Assembly (NCBI GenBank): GCA_036867785.1
Contig: CP145422.1
Location: forward strand, 682,001-746,000
DNA length: 64,000 nt
Direction: 5' to 3'
Source: Plasmodiophora brassicae
Taxonomy: Eukaryota
Shown here: positions 31,329 through 41,380 of the stretch, piece by piece
Layout of the letters: each line of letters begins with the position of its first letter
Position numbering within the stretch: position 1 is the stretch's first letter
Program-made: the position numbers and the translations under genes
Notes under the pieces: model-generated
Databases searched by the model: none
What the model was told of the DNA's origin: nothing
The model's input: only the letters and a program-made list of their open reading frames with translations

Positions 31329-33278
31329 ATGTCTTTCGACAGCAAGACACCCTCGGTCGCCCGTAGGCGACGCTCAGTGACACCATTAGGCTTCCCGATG
31401 GCCTCCGCAAGCGATCCGAGGCGGGTCATCCAGTCGCAATCGACTCTAGTCATCGCTGGCGCCGCCCCTAGGTGGTTGCACAGCTCGAGCGTGTCGCGAC
31501 GGCCGCTGGTTCAAAGAGGGCGAACGCGGGAGCACGCTTTCCCACGCGGTCTGCAACATCGACATCCGTCCCAAAGGGCATCGGTTGCGGCATGCTCTGC
31601 CCCATCGGCTGGCGCCGACGACCTTTACCCAGGCGCTGATGAAGGCGACGACTACGTTGACGTTGACGTTGACGTCACCCATGTCGATAACGCGTCATCC
31701 GCACAATCGGAGCCCGAGTCCGACCTGGACGACGCGTCCGGAAGCGACAGCTCTGATTTCGGTGGCGACGAAGGCGACGACGATGGCGACGACGGGGACA
31801 GCGACGAGGACGAGACAAGTACAATCGCAGCGTCCGTTAGCCAGAAGCATCTGCCGCAACATGCTGGACGAGGCATTCGCGTTGACGTCCACGGCAAGGT
31901 GCATTTCCCCTATCCGGGCAGCACAAAACTCACCAGGCCAGCCCCGTCGACCCTGACGACCACTACGAAGGTCCTCCGGTTCAAGCTCTCGTCGACGGTC
32001 TGGAAGTACAACGCCGTCGTCAACGCCCTGCGGGCAGCGGGCCTGCACCCGACAACGAAGACGTCGGCGGCGAACGTCTACTGGGGCCGGCACCTGCCAC
32101 CGCACGCGTACGACAGGCTGATCGCTCCGCATCAGAAGCTGAACCACTTCCCGGGCACATGGTGCATCGGTCGGAAAGATCGCCTCGCCCTCGGCATGGC
32201 CCGAGCACGAGCAAGGTTCGGTGCACAAGCGTTCGGGTTCGTTCCTTCATCGTTCGTCCTGCCTGAGGGTCGCGCCCAGCTGGAACGCGCCATGGCGGTT
32301 GCGTCCCCTGGATCGGTATGGATCCAGAAACCGTACAGTTCGTCCTGTGGCAAAGGGATTCGCCTGATCTGGAAGGACGGGCGAATGCCATCGAAGAAGA
32401 CGCGATGCGTCGTCTCAAGGTACATCCGGAACCCGTTCCTGATCAACGGGTTCAAGTTCGACCTGCGTCTGTACGTCGTTGTGACCTGCATGGACCCGCT
32501 ACGAATCTACGCTCTCGACGACGGCCTGGTTCGGTTCGCCACCGAGCGATTCGCCATGCGTCGGACGACGATCACGCACCGGCGCATGCACCTGACGAAT
32601 TACAGTGTGAACAAGGGGTCGAAACAGTTCGTAAAGAACGCGGACGCGCAGGAGAACGACACGGGTAGCAAGTGGAGCCTGCAGGCGTTGCACCGGTGGT
32701 TCCAGGACCATGGCATCGATGCGAGCGCCGTCCAGGACCGTCTGGACGACGTCCTGGTCAAGACGATCATCGCGGCGGAGGGGACTGTATCCAAGAAATG
32801 TGCACGCCTGCGGGTCGGCCGCACGAATTGCTTCGAGCTGTTCGGCGTCGATGTGCTCCTGGATTCGAACCTGCAACCATGGCTGCTCGAGGTCAACATC
32901 CTACCGTCGCTATCATCGTCGTCCCCACTGGACAAGCTCATCAAGACGAAGCTCATGTCGGACGTGTTCCACATCGTTGGGGTCGACGCTCCCGGCGTGA
33001 AGTCGTCGCGGGTCCCAATGCATCATCCGGGCGTTCCGACGCCCGCCGCTCGCGGCATCGACCTGATGGCATTGTCGGAGAGCGATATCGCGATCCTCAG
33101 GGAGGTCGAGCTCGAAAACCGACGCAGAGGGCATTTGCGTCGCCTGTTCCCGAACGCTGCCAACACGGGCACCTACGCGCGGTACTTTGACGCCCAGCGG
33201 TACAACAACGCCTTAGTGGCAAAGTGGCTCGAGCTTCCACGACGAGTGGGTCTGAAAAGGATAGGACTGGGTGACTAG
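31329..33278 (+). CDS. TTLL4: Tubulin polyglutamylase, TTLL4-like
   Basis: QKLNHFPG...IGRKDRL, WIQKP.SSCGKGI, KFDLRLYV, GLVRFATE, MHLTNYSVNK and FELFGVDVLLD...PWLLEVN. Confidence 0.9.
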   Translation: MSFDSKTPSVARRRRSVTPLGFPMASASDPRRVIQSQSTLVIAGAAPRWLHSSSVSRRPLVQRGRTREHAFPRGLQHRHPSQRASVAACSAPSAGADDLYPGADEGDDYVDVDVDVTHVDNASSAQSEPESDLDDASGSDSSDFGGDEGDDDGDDGDSDEDETSTIAASVSQKHLPQHAGRGIRVDVHGKVHFPYPGSTKLTRPAPSTLTTTTKVLRFKLSSTVWKYNAVVNALRAAGLHPTTKTSAANVYWGRHLPPHAYDRLIAPHQKLNHFPGTWCIGRKDRLALGMARARARFGAQAFGFVPSSFVLPEGRAQLERAMAVASPGSVWIQKPYSSSCGKGIRLIWKDGRMPSKKTRCVVSRYIRNPFLINGFKFDLRLYVVVTCMDPLRIYALDDGLVRFATERFAMRRTTITHRRMHLTNYSVNKGSKQFVKNADAQENDTGSKWSLQALHRWFQDHGIDASAVQDRLDDVLVKTIIAAEGTVSKKCARLRVGRTNCFELFGVDVLLDSNLQPWLLEVNILPSLSSSSPLDKLIKTKLMSDVFHIVGVDAPGVKSSRVPMHHPGVPTPAARGIDLMALSESDIAILREVELENRRRGHLRRLFPNAANTGTYARYFDAQRYNNALVAKWLELPRRVGLKRIGLGD

Positions 33279-33333
33279 CCGGGAACAGCGCATGCGAATA
33301 CAATAAATAGTTGGACGCCTGTACTGATGCGCG

Positions 33334-34110
33334 CTAGTGGTCTTCCTCGAACAATCCGGGACAGTGGGCCAACAGGTCATCGTTATCCCTGTACTTGTAC
33401 CCACAGTACAGGCAGTAGCTGTAGACGACACGCAGGTACGATAAGATCTCGTCGAGCTTGTCCTCGACTTCAGTGAGTCTCTCGGCAGGAGGGATGACGC
33501 GACGTCGGAGAGCGATAGGCTCATGCTGCACGGATTCATAGCCGAATGCATCTCGTTCTGGGTCATAGAACGCGTCCGCCGATGACGGGCGTTGGTCGGC
33601 GAGCCACATGAAATTAACAAAGAGGCCCGCCTCCTCATCCAGCTGCCTGCAGACGCGTTGGGCCGTCGCCAGCTTCCCTTCGACGCGCCGGACAGCGTAC
33701 TGGTGGCTCATTGCGCCTCGAAACGCATCGTCTTGCGCCTGTTTCATACGATGAGCGAGCCGCAGCCGAATCTCTGCCACCTGGGCGGCATGCCGTTTCA
33801 GTCCAAGCCCCGACCTAGATCCTATCGAACGAGTCAGAGCAGCGTCTGAAATGATAAGAAGAGCCGAAATACCTGGACTCGTGTCAATGGCAATAGGCTC
33901 TTGGACGCCAGAACCGGTTTTGCCCAATCCCTGTCCGGGCGTATATCCCATGCGGAGCAGCAACTGGTGCCCGCGGTTGCTGGCCGGGATCGGCGTCGCC
34001 AGGCCCTGGTCCAACCTGCCACGAATCGACATCGGCTCCGTCCTCGGCCGCTCCGGCTCCACCTCGAACGTCATCGCCATGTAGTCGCCCGCGTCATCGG
34101 ACGGCGCCAT
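33334..34110 (-). CDS. GPATCH11: G-patch and DUF4187 protein GPATCH11/CCDC75
   Basis: SNRGHQLLLRMGYTPGQGLGK..GVQEPI and C-terminal YLRVVYSYCLYCGYKY...CPGLFEEDH. Confidence 0.9.
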   Translation of the reverse strand: MAPSDDAGDYMAMTFEVEPERPRTEPMSIRGRLDQGLATPIPASNRGHQLLLRMGYTPGQGLGKTGSGVQEPIAIDTSPGISALLIISDAALTRSIGSRSGLGLKRHAAQVAEIRLRLAHRMKQAQDDAFRGAMSHQYAVRRVEGKLATAQRVCRQLDEEAGLFVNFMWLADQRPSSADAFYDPERDAFGYESVQHEPIALRRRVIPPAERLTEVEDKLDEILSYLRVVYSYCLYCGYKYRDNDDLLAHCPGLFEEDH

Positions 34111-34395
34111 CGCCGGTCGATTCGACGCAAATGGCGCACATAATTCCGTAACGGGGTAGCAATGGCGAACGAACGACAGACGTCCGTTAGCACCAGCGCG
34201 GAGTGATGGGCAGGGGATTGGGTCAGCTCAACCTGGAAACGTACCGCTAAGTAGCTGCTGCTAACGATGTGTTGAACGGCGCGCGGGGGGGCCGTGCATG
34301 ACGTCGGGCAGTGCTGCCAAAATAATATGGTTGGCCACGTCGGACTGTGGATGGAGAAAGTCCGAGGCAGTTGTTGTAATTGCGTGTCGCATGAC

Positions 34396-37300
34396 ATGAC
34401 GGCGCACGCGGTGAACGACGGCGCGTCCGACGAGCGGGAGCTGCGCCTGTCCAGCATACTGGCGAGCCGGGCGACGGCGGCCGCGACCGGCCGAGAACGC
34501 GCTGCCTCCGGCAGCGAACGGTCATGGTGCGCCGTCTGCGAATCGCTGTTTGACGAGGACGACATGTCGCGGCGCACGTGTACGGGGCTGTGCAGGCGAT
34601 CGTTTCACTCCTTCTGCATATCGAGCGATCCCGGAATCGATCACGCACCGTTCGTCTGCCGGCAGTGCGTTGCCCAAGAGGTATGCCCGTGTTGTTTAAC
34701 GTTACAGCTTAACTGATGTCCATCCAGCACGCCTGTTTTCAGTGTGGAGAAACGGCACCGGATTCCGAATTGCGCCACTGTTCGGTGCGTTCCTGTGCAA
34801 AGTTCTTCCATCAGGCGTGCTGGAAGGAGGCTGGCGGTGGGACGAAGCCCGTTTGCGGACGTCACCATTGCCAGCGATGCGTTCGTCGCGGCCTGCCTGT
34901 GGAAGACCGTAACCCGGACCCCGTTCATCGTTGCATACGCTGTCCAAAGTCGTGGGACCTGAAATGTATTCCGAAGGGATCGTTTCGCCTGGACTTCCGT
35001 CCGAGTACCTTCCTGATATGCCCGGACCATACGCCCTGGCCGACGTCTGCTCGCCTTTCCGCGGATATCGGGCGGCGAGGAGGGCCGTCGAGCGATGTCA
35101 GCAGTGATGAGGACAGTGCATCTGCCACTGGGGAGTTTATTCCATTTGACCTGCCTACCGAATGGACATCTGATGCGGGTGGAACGGCTGTTGACGCTGA
35201 CGAACTGCCGCAAGCGCCTGTACTGCAGCCAGCAGAATCGACATCATCGAAATCGCGTAGGCTTCGCAGTTCGAAACAGGCTCCGGACGCTGCTCCAGCG
35301 AACGACGCCGTTGAGCCAGACGCTGTTAACGGTGAAGACGAGGACCGCATGGAAGAAGAGTCTGAAGACGTTCGAAAAGGTGAAACACCCGAAGGTGTTA
35401 AAGGTGAGCTGGTGTCAGAGCCGACACGACGAGGGCGCGGTCATCACCGCAAACACTCGGGCGCGTTTTCGAAGAAGGCGAACGCGAAAGTTCTGTCTCA
35501 GTGTCACTATTGCGACCGCGAGTTCCGGTACTCCTATTCTCGCAATCAGCAGTATGTTTCGTCAGTGTGTGGCGTTCCGTACCCTTTTCTGACACCGTGA
35601 TGTGATAGTGAGCGCGACGAACACCCTGAGCAATGTCCACTGCAATGCCCGAACTGTCGCGCAGGGTTCCACTCTCAAAGACCACTGGAGAAGCACCTGG
35701 CTCATGGATGCGGGCTCTCCCAAGCGGAGCAGACGCCGTCACAGCCTCTGTCTCCCACCACCCAGCGCTCTGCGGACGATTCGTCGGTGCCCAAGCTGCG
35801 ACCACGCAGGAGCGTGGTTTACGATTCCGCACCGATCGGCGCCATCTGCTGCGATTATTGCCCGAAGACGTTTCATCAAATGTCGAACCTCAAGACGCAT
35901 GAACGTCAGTGCCATCCAGAACAGTGCCCCTTGCATTGTGCTGGGTGCGGCGCGCCGTTTCATTCGAACGTGCCCTTGGAGCGTCACACCGCCGAGTGCG
36001 AGGCGTTCCAGAGGTTGTTGGCGGTCGCGAGCGACGATCACCAGTCCGCCGCTTCTGACGTTGACATGATCGACAAGATGGAGGACGTCGACGACGTGGC
36101 AGATGATGAATCTATGAGCGAAGGCGAGCGCCGCCCGTCTAATCGGTTGTCGCATGGATCCAGTACCGGTCGTCGTTCGAGCTGGGCGACAGGATCTCAG
36201 GCAAGCTCGGGTCAGTACCCTTGCTCTCTTTGCGATCGGGTGTTTACCCAGGTGTCGGCGATTAATGCGCATGAACGTAATGCCCATCCTGAAATATGCC
36301 CTCTCCACTGCATGTACTGCGACAAACCATTCCACACCGTCCCGCCTCTTGAACGCCATCAGATGTCGTGCCCGGATCGCAACGAAGCGAAAGAGACTCC
36401 GCCGCCTGCACAGCCTGCTGACATGCCGATTCGGATTCATCTGCCAGGCTTCAAGACGAACCCCATGTATCGTGAGGCTGGCCAGTTCCGGTGCAGTTTC
36501 TGCTCGACTTCCTTTGATCGTCGGTTTGCGCTGACCACTCACGAGCGTGAAGTTCATCCCGATCTGGTCCCTTTCCGCTGTCCGATTTGCGGGTCAGGGT
36601 TCTCCAGTCGTACCGCCTTGGAATCGCATGCGAATTTCTGCATGGACCATACCTGTGAAGAGTGCGGTCGCGATTTCTTTTCACGACATGCTCTGGAGAA
36701 GCATGCGGCTGACAATGGGCACAACGCGGGTCCTCCTATGGAACCAATCGTTTGCCCACATTGCTCCAAGACGTTCAAGTGGCAACGATCTCTTGACCAT
36801 CACCTTGTTCGTGTTCACAAGGAGACTCCTGGTGGCCAGTCCTCTGGCAACCAGCAGTTGTTCTACAGGCCTCCGACACCAACGTCAACGCTGTTGAACT
36901 TCGTCCCCCGGAAACGTCTTCGCAACGCTGACGATGGGTCGATGTCATCCTCATCGTCATCGTCTTCTGCCGAGTACGACGATGCCTACAAGGCGATCGA
37001 CGAGAACGTTTATGTTTGCAGCAAACCGGCCCCGACCGAGCCGCCGCCTCTTTGCGAATGTTCTGGTCCAGGTCCTCTCTGTGTGGACGATTCTTGCATC
37101 AACGTGCGTGCCCGCATCGAGTGTGACGTAAGCGCACATGAGTGTGCCAATCAACGCTTTCAGCGGAAGGAGTTTTCTCGAAATGCGGATTCTCTCTCTG
37201 TTGTCCCCGACGCGTCTGATGGATCTCCATGCCTGACCACGACAACCGACATACCTTCCGGATCCCTCATCGTTGAGTTCGTTGGAGAAGTCCTGGACGC

Positions 37301-38663
37301 TGCCGCTCGGCGAACGCGCTCGTCCCCCAGGCCTATCATGCTACGTTTGACACAGCATCTGACCGTTGATGCCACCCGGTTCGGCAACGTCAGCCGATTT
37401 ATTCAGCATTGTCGTTCGCATCCGCCGCCATCAAATGGGGGCGCGCACGCTGTGACTGACGGTCCTTCGATAACCGGACCGAACTGTTCGACGACGGTCT
37501 GGTCGGCCAACGGCGTTCTTCACATCGGCGTGTTCGCCGCACGCGACATTGCCGCCGGCTCCAAACTGACTGTCGACATGGGGCAATCCGGTCGTGTTGC
37601 CTACGACAACGTTCTTCGGAAGAACAATCATCGGGACTCATCGTCGGGTACTCCATCTGGGTCAGTTGGTCTGGGCGGCCTCCCTATCCCTAGAGCCATG
37701 CCTAGCCCTTTAAACATCTACGATCGTGAACGGCTGCCTTCTCAGATGCAGTTCGATGCCGTTGTCTCATATCAGCTGGACAAAGGGGTCGACCCGCACG
37801 CTGCAGAGGCGAAGATCGCTGGCGTCTACCTGATCAGAAACTGGCGAAGATCGTTCGCCGAATTTGCTGCAAACTCCGCCAAGCACTTCAGGATAGGGCA
37901 GACCAAGGACATTGCTGACAATCTGGCCGCGTACGAGAAGCTGAACAAGCAGCGGGTGCGAAGGCCGCCTCCTGCTGCTGTCGAAGCCCTGCGCACTGCA
38001 CCGAGTACGTCTCCGATCCGGATGGGCAGAGTGCCAGACGCGCGTGTCGTGATGCCGCCGGTATCGCTTCTTCCAACTCCGCGTCAGCTGGGCGAAGGCG
38101 ACTCTTCTTCGGATGAATCCAGCTTCGATGCGGCTGCGAGCGCTGCGATTGCCGAGGAGGTCGACATTGCGCTTGATTTTGAGCTCGACGAAGACGACGG
38201 TTCGTCGGTCGTCAATCTGTCTTCGTCCAAGCGGGATCCGCAACGAGATCGGGATTCGTCCAGGCATCGGACGCCACCTCCAAGGTCATCGCGGGGCCCA
38301 TCGACGAAGGGCACTCCTGGATCGTCCTCAACGCAACCAGATGAATCGTCGTCTTCCGCGTCCCGACGTGCCGTCATCGGCGGCATTGTTGAACCAGTCA
38401 ACAACGGCGACGAATCACTACTCGGAAGGCGGTCTGCATCTGAAGTGGTTCAGTCGACCGAAGATGACGCGAACGACTGTGACGCCTCAAGCTCATCGTC
38501 GCCGCCCCCAGGTCGGGAAAACGGTGCAATTCCAATGGCCATCGACAGGTTCACCTGCGAACAATGCCACAAGTCGTTCGAACGGCTCGGCGAACTCCGA
38601 AGCCATGTCGAGCATCGTTGCAGACGGTCGGGTGCAGCTGCGGCCATCGCTGGTGTTGTCTAG
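34396..38663 (+). CDS. PHD fingers, C2H2/C2HC zinc-finger array and AWS-SET-like protein (degenerate SET)
   Basis: NSD-type PHD cluster, about 11 zinc fingers, AWS (CEC...CVDDSCIN...EC...CANQRFQR), and SET with RFIQHC and KLTVDM. Introns near 34681-34727 and 35552-35608. Confidence 0.85.
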
Positions 38664-38894
38664 GAAGACCGGGGGCGTCGTGAGCGCTGGCGCATCGCAT
38701 CACTGGACGGTAATATCTCAGTTTACTAGCCTGCTACACGTAGTGGATCATGGGCTTGCATATCTACTGCATCATATATCCTGATGAGTTCACAATTCCT
38801 ACGTGTGTGTACATTTTCTCGGTTGGCGACCAACCTGAGGGTAGTGTACGGTAGCTGGCCGATGGGCGAACCGCGGTATGTCGGTCAACCCGCA

Positions 38895-38915
38895 CGGACT
38901 CCGTGGCGGAGTCCG
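38895..38915. promoter_or_regulatory. Doubled CGGASTCCG element upstream of DDX55
   Basis: Copies at 38895-38903 and 38907-38915, 24 nt before the ATG. Confidence 0.5.
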
Positions 38916-38939
38916 CAGCCAGCTCAGTGGGTGGCCACC

Positions 38940-40879
38940 ATGCCGGCTCCTCCTTCGAGACGATGGGACTCGGTGGACCCGCCGTTAAGTCCAGCGACCC
39001 TATCGGCAATATCGACGTTCGAGTTCGAAGCCATGACACCTGTTCAGGCTGCGACAATTCCATTGTTCACGAAGCACCATGACGTCGTTGTTCAGGCGTG
39101 TACAGGTTGGCGATATCCGTTTCAACAGCCCGTGCTTACACTTAAGTCGGTTGATCATCCGTAGGAAGTGGTAAAACTTTATCTTTCCTGGTTCCGATCC
39201 TGGAGATCCTGCTTAGACGGAACGGTACCTGGCCGGCTCGTCACGTTGGGGCTGTCGTGATTTCCCCAACGCGAGAGCTTGCTGCGCAAATATTCGCAGT
39301 CGCCCAGCGTCTACTCGCTGGGGTTCCAGACACCGTGTCTCCCCTACATGCATTGCTTCTTGTTGGTGGTATCCATGCCAACCGTGAAGCAGAGACCCTG
39401 GCCCAGTCTGGGGCCAACATCGTGATCGCGACACCTGGCCGACTGCAATCCACCATCGAATCCAACTCCTTGTCACTCGACCTCCGAACACTCGAGGTGC
39501 ATTCCGCTCTGCCGCTTCAATGTGCTTCACATCCTTACCATCGGCCGATCAGGTGCTTGTCCTGGATGAGGCAGATCGCCTGCTGGACATGGGGTTCGAG
39601 GCCTCCATCACCGCCATTCTTCGTCGGCTTCCCAAACAGCGCCGCACCGGCCTGTTCTCAGCCACACAAACGTCGGCCGTTGAAGGCCTCATCCGAGCCG
39701 GCCTTCGAAACCCATCCAGAATCGACGTCCAGGTTCGAAGAAAGGACACCACACAAGCGACGCCGTTAACGCTGTCCAACCGGTACATGGTCGTCGAGCC
39801 GGATGTGAAACTGGCGCAACTGGTCGCCTTGCTGTCCCCACAGTCGCCTCGTCGCAAGATCATCGTGTTCGTGCTGACGTGTGCGCTGGCCGACTACCTC
39901 GGCGTCGTCCTGTCGAGGCTGACGTCCCTGAAAGGGCGCACGATTCGTGCCCTGCACGGCAGGATGAAACCATCGTCAAGAACGAAACTGTACGCCGAGT
40001 TCGTTGCCGACCAGGACCCATGTGCCCTGCTCTGCACCGACCTCGTCGCTCGCGGGTGCGACGTCCCCGATGTCGACCTCATCGTCCAGTTCGATTCGCC
40101 CCAGGTCTCGGCTCCGCCTGGGTTCACCCATCGCGAACGACTCAGACCGTTGTGTGCAGGACCCCGACTTCTTCGTGCATCGTGTGGGACGAACGGCCCG
40201 AATGGGTCGCTCTGGGGACGCCCTTCTTCTCGTCCTGCCCACCGAGACCGAATACGTCGACGTCCTTCAGGTTCGTGGCGTCCCCATGGACCCGACCGAC
40301 GAAGGCCCGCCGTCCGACGGTCAGGGTCTGACTGACGAGATCCGGTCGCTGGCTCGTAGCGATCGGGACGTGATGGAGAAGGGCCAGCGCGCCTTCGTCT
40401 CGTTCGTTCGCGGGTACAAGGAGCACCTCTGCAACTACGTGTTCCAGCTCGCGCGGCTGCCCCTGGGGCGCTTAGCGGAATCGTTCGGCCTGCTGTTCCT
40501 ACCGCGGATGCCCGAGATCCACAAGGCGTCGGCGGCGCAAACGGCTGGGTTTGATGGACCGACCGACGTCGACCCCGATGCGATCCCATACCTGGAGGCG
40601 TCGCGCGAGAAGCAACGACAGGCGAACCTGGCGACGAAGCGGGCCGAGCGCGCGAAAGCGAAACTGGAACGGGAGCGCGCGCGTGCCGAGGCGCTGGAGC
40701 GCACGAAGGCGGCTGTGAAGGCGCGCCGCAAGCGGAAGCAGAGCGAAACGCAGGACCGCCAGGCCGAATGGGACGACCTGGCCAGCGAGGTCTACGAGTA
40801 CAAGCGGCTGAAGCGCGGCAAGATCACCATGAAGCAGTTCGAGGTGCTGGTCGGCGAGCGGGCGCCCAATGACGAATGA
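38940..40879 (+). CDS. DDX55: DEAD-box RNA helicase DDX55/Spb4 (multi-exon)
   Basis: [55 protein letters not shown] and [18 protein letters not shown]. Confidence 0.93.
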
Positions 40880-40943
40880 ACCGGTACAATAGTAGTAGCG
40901 GGTCATGGATCTCGACGGTGTAATCAACGGGGCGCGCGGGTCG

Positions 40944-41240
40944 TCAGCTCGCGAACGGGTTGTTGACGTCGCTGGCGAACGTGACGTAGGCGAGCTTGAC
41001 GTCCGGGCGCTTGTAGTACTTTGGCGTGGACGAGCGCGCGAACAGGGCGCGCCGGGTGGCGCCCAGCCGGTTCAGCGTGTTGACGCGCGCCACCGGCAGG
41101 TTGTACAGCTGGCGCAGGTACGCGGCGATCTCCTTCTTGCCGAAGTCGACCGGCACGCGGAACAGCGCCTTGTTCGCCCCCAGGTCCTTCGACGACTTCA
41201 CCAGCATCACCGTCGCCGACAGCAACGTCTTGCGGACCAT
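40944..41240 (-). CDS. MRPL23: Mitochondrial ribosomal protein uL23m
   Basis: FRVPVDFGKKEIAAYLRQLYNLPVARVNTLN...KLAYVT. Confidence 0.85.
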   Translation of the reverse strand: MVRKTLLSATVMLVKSSKDLGANKALFRVPVDFGKKEIAAYLRQLYNLPVARVNTLNRLGATRRALFARSSTPKYYKRPDVKLAYVTFASDVNNPFAS

Positions 41241-41380
41241 CGCTGGTCGACCTTGTACACCTCGATCTGGACTGCGCGCGGTGCGGGGTGCGCCCTCGCC
41301 GCACACCGCACCGCTACACACGATGATTACGGTACAACGCTGGGGCAGAGCGACGTACACTGACACGAGTGGACACTACA

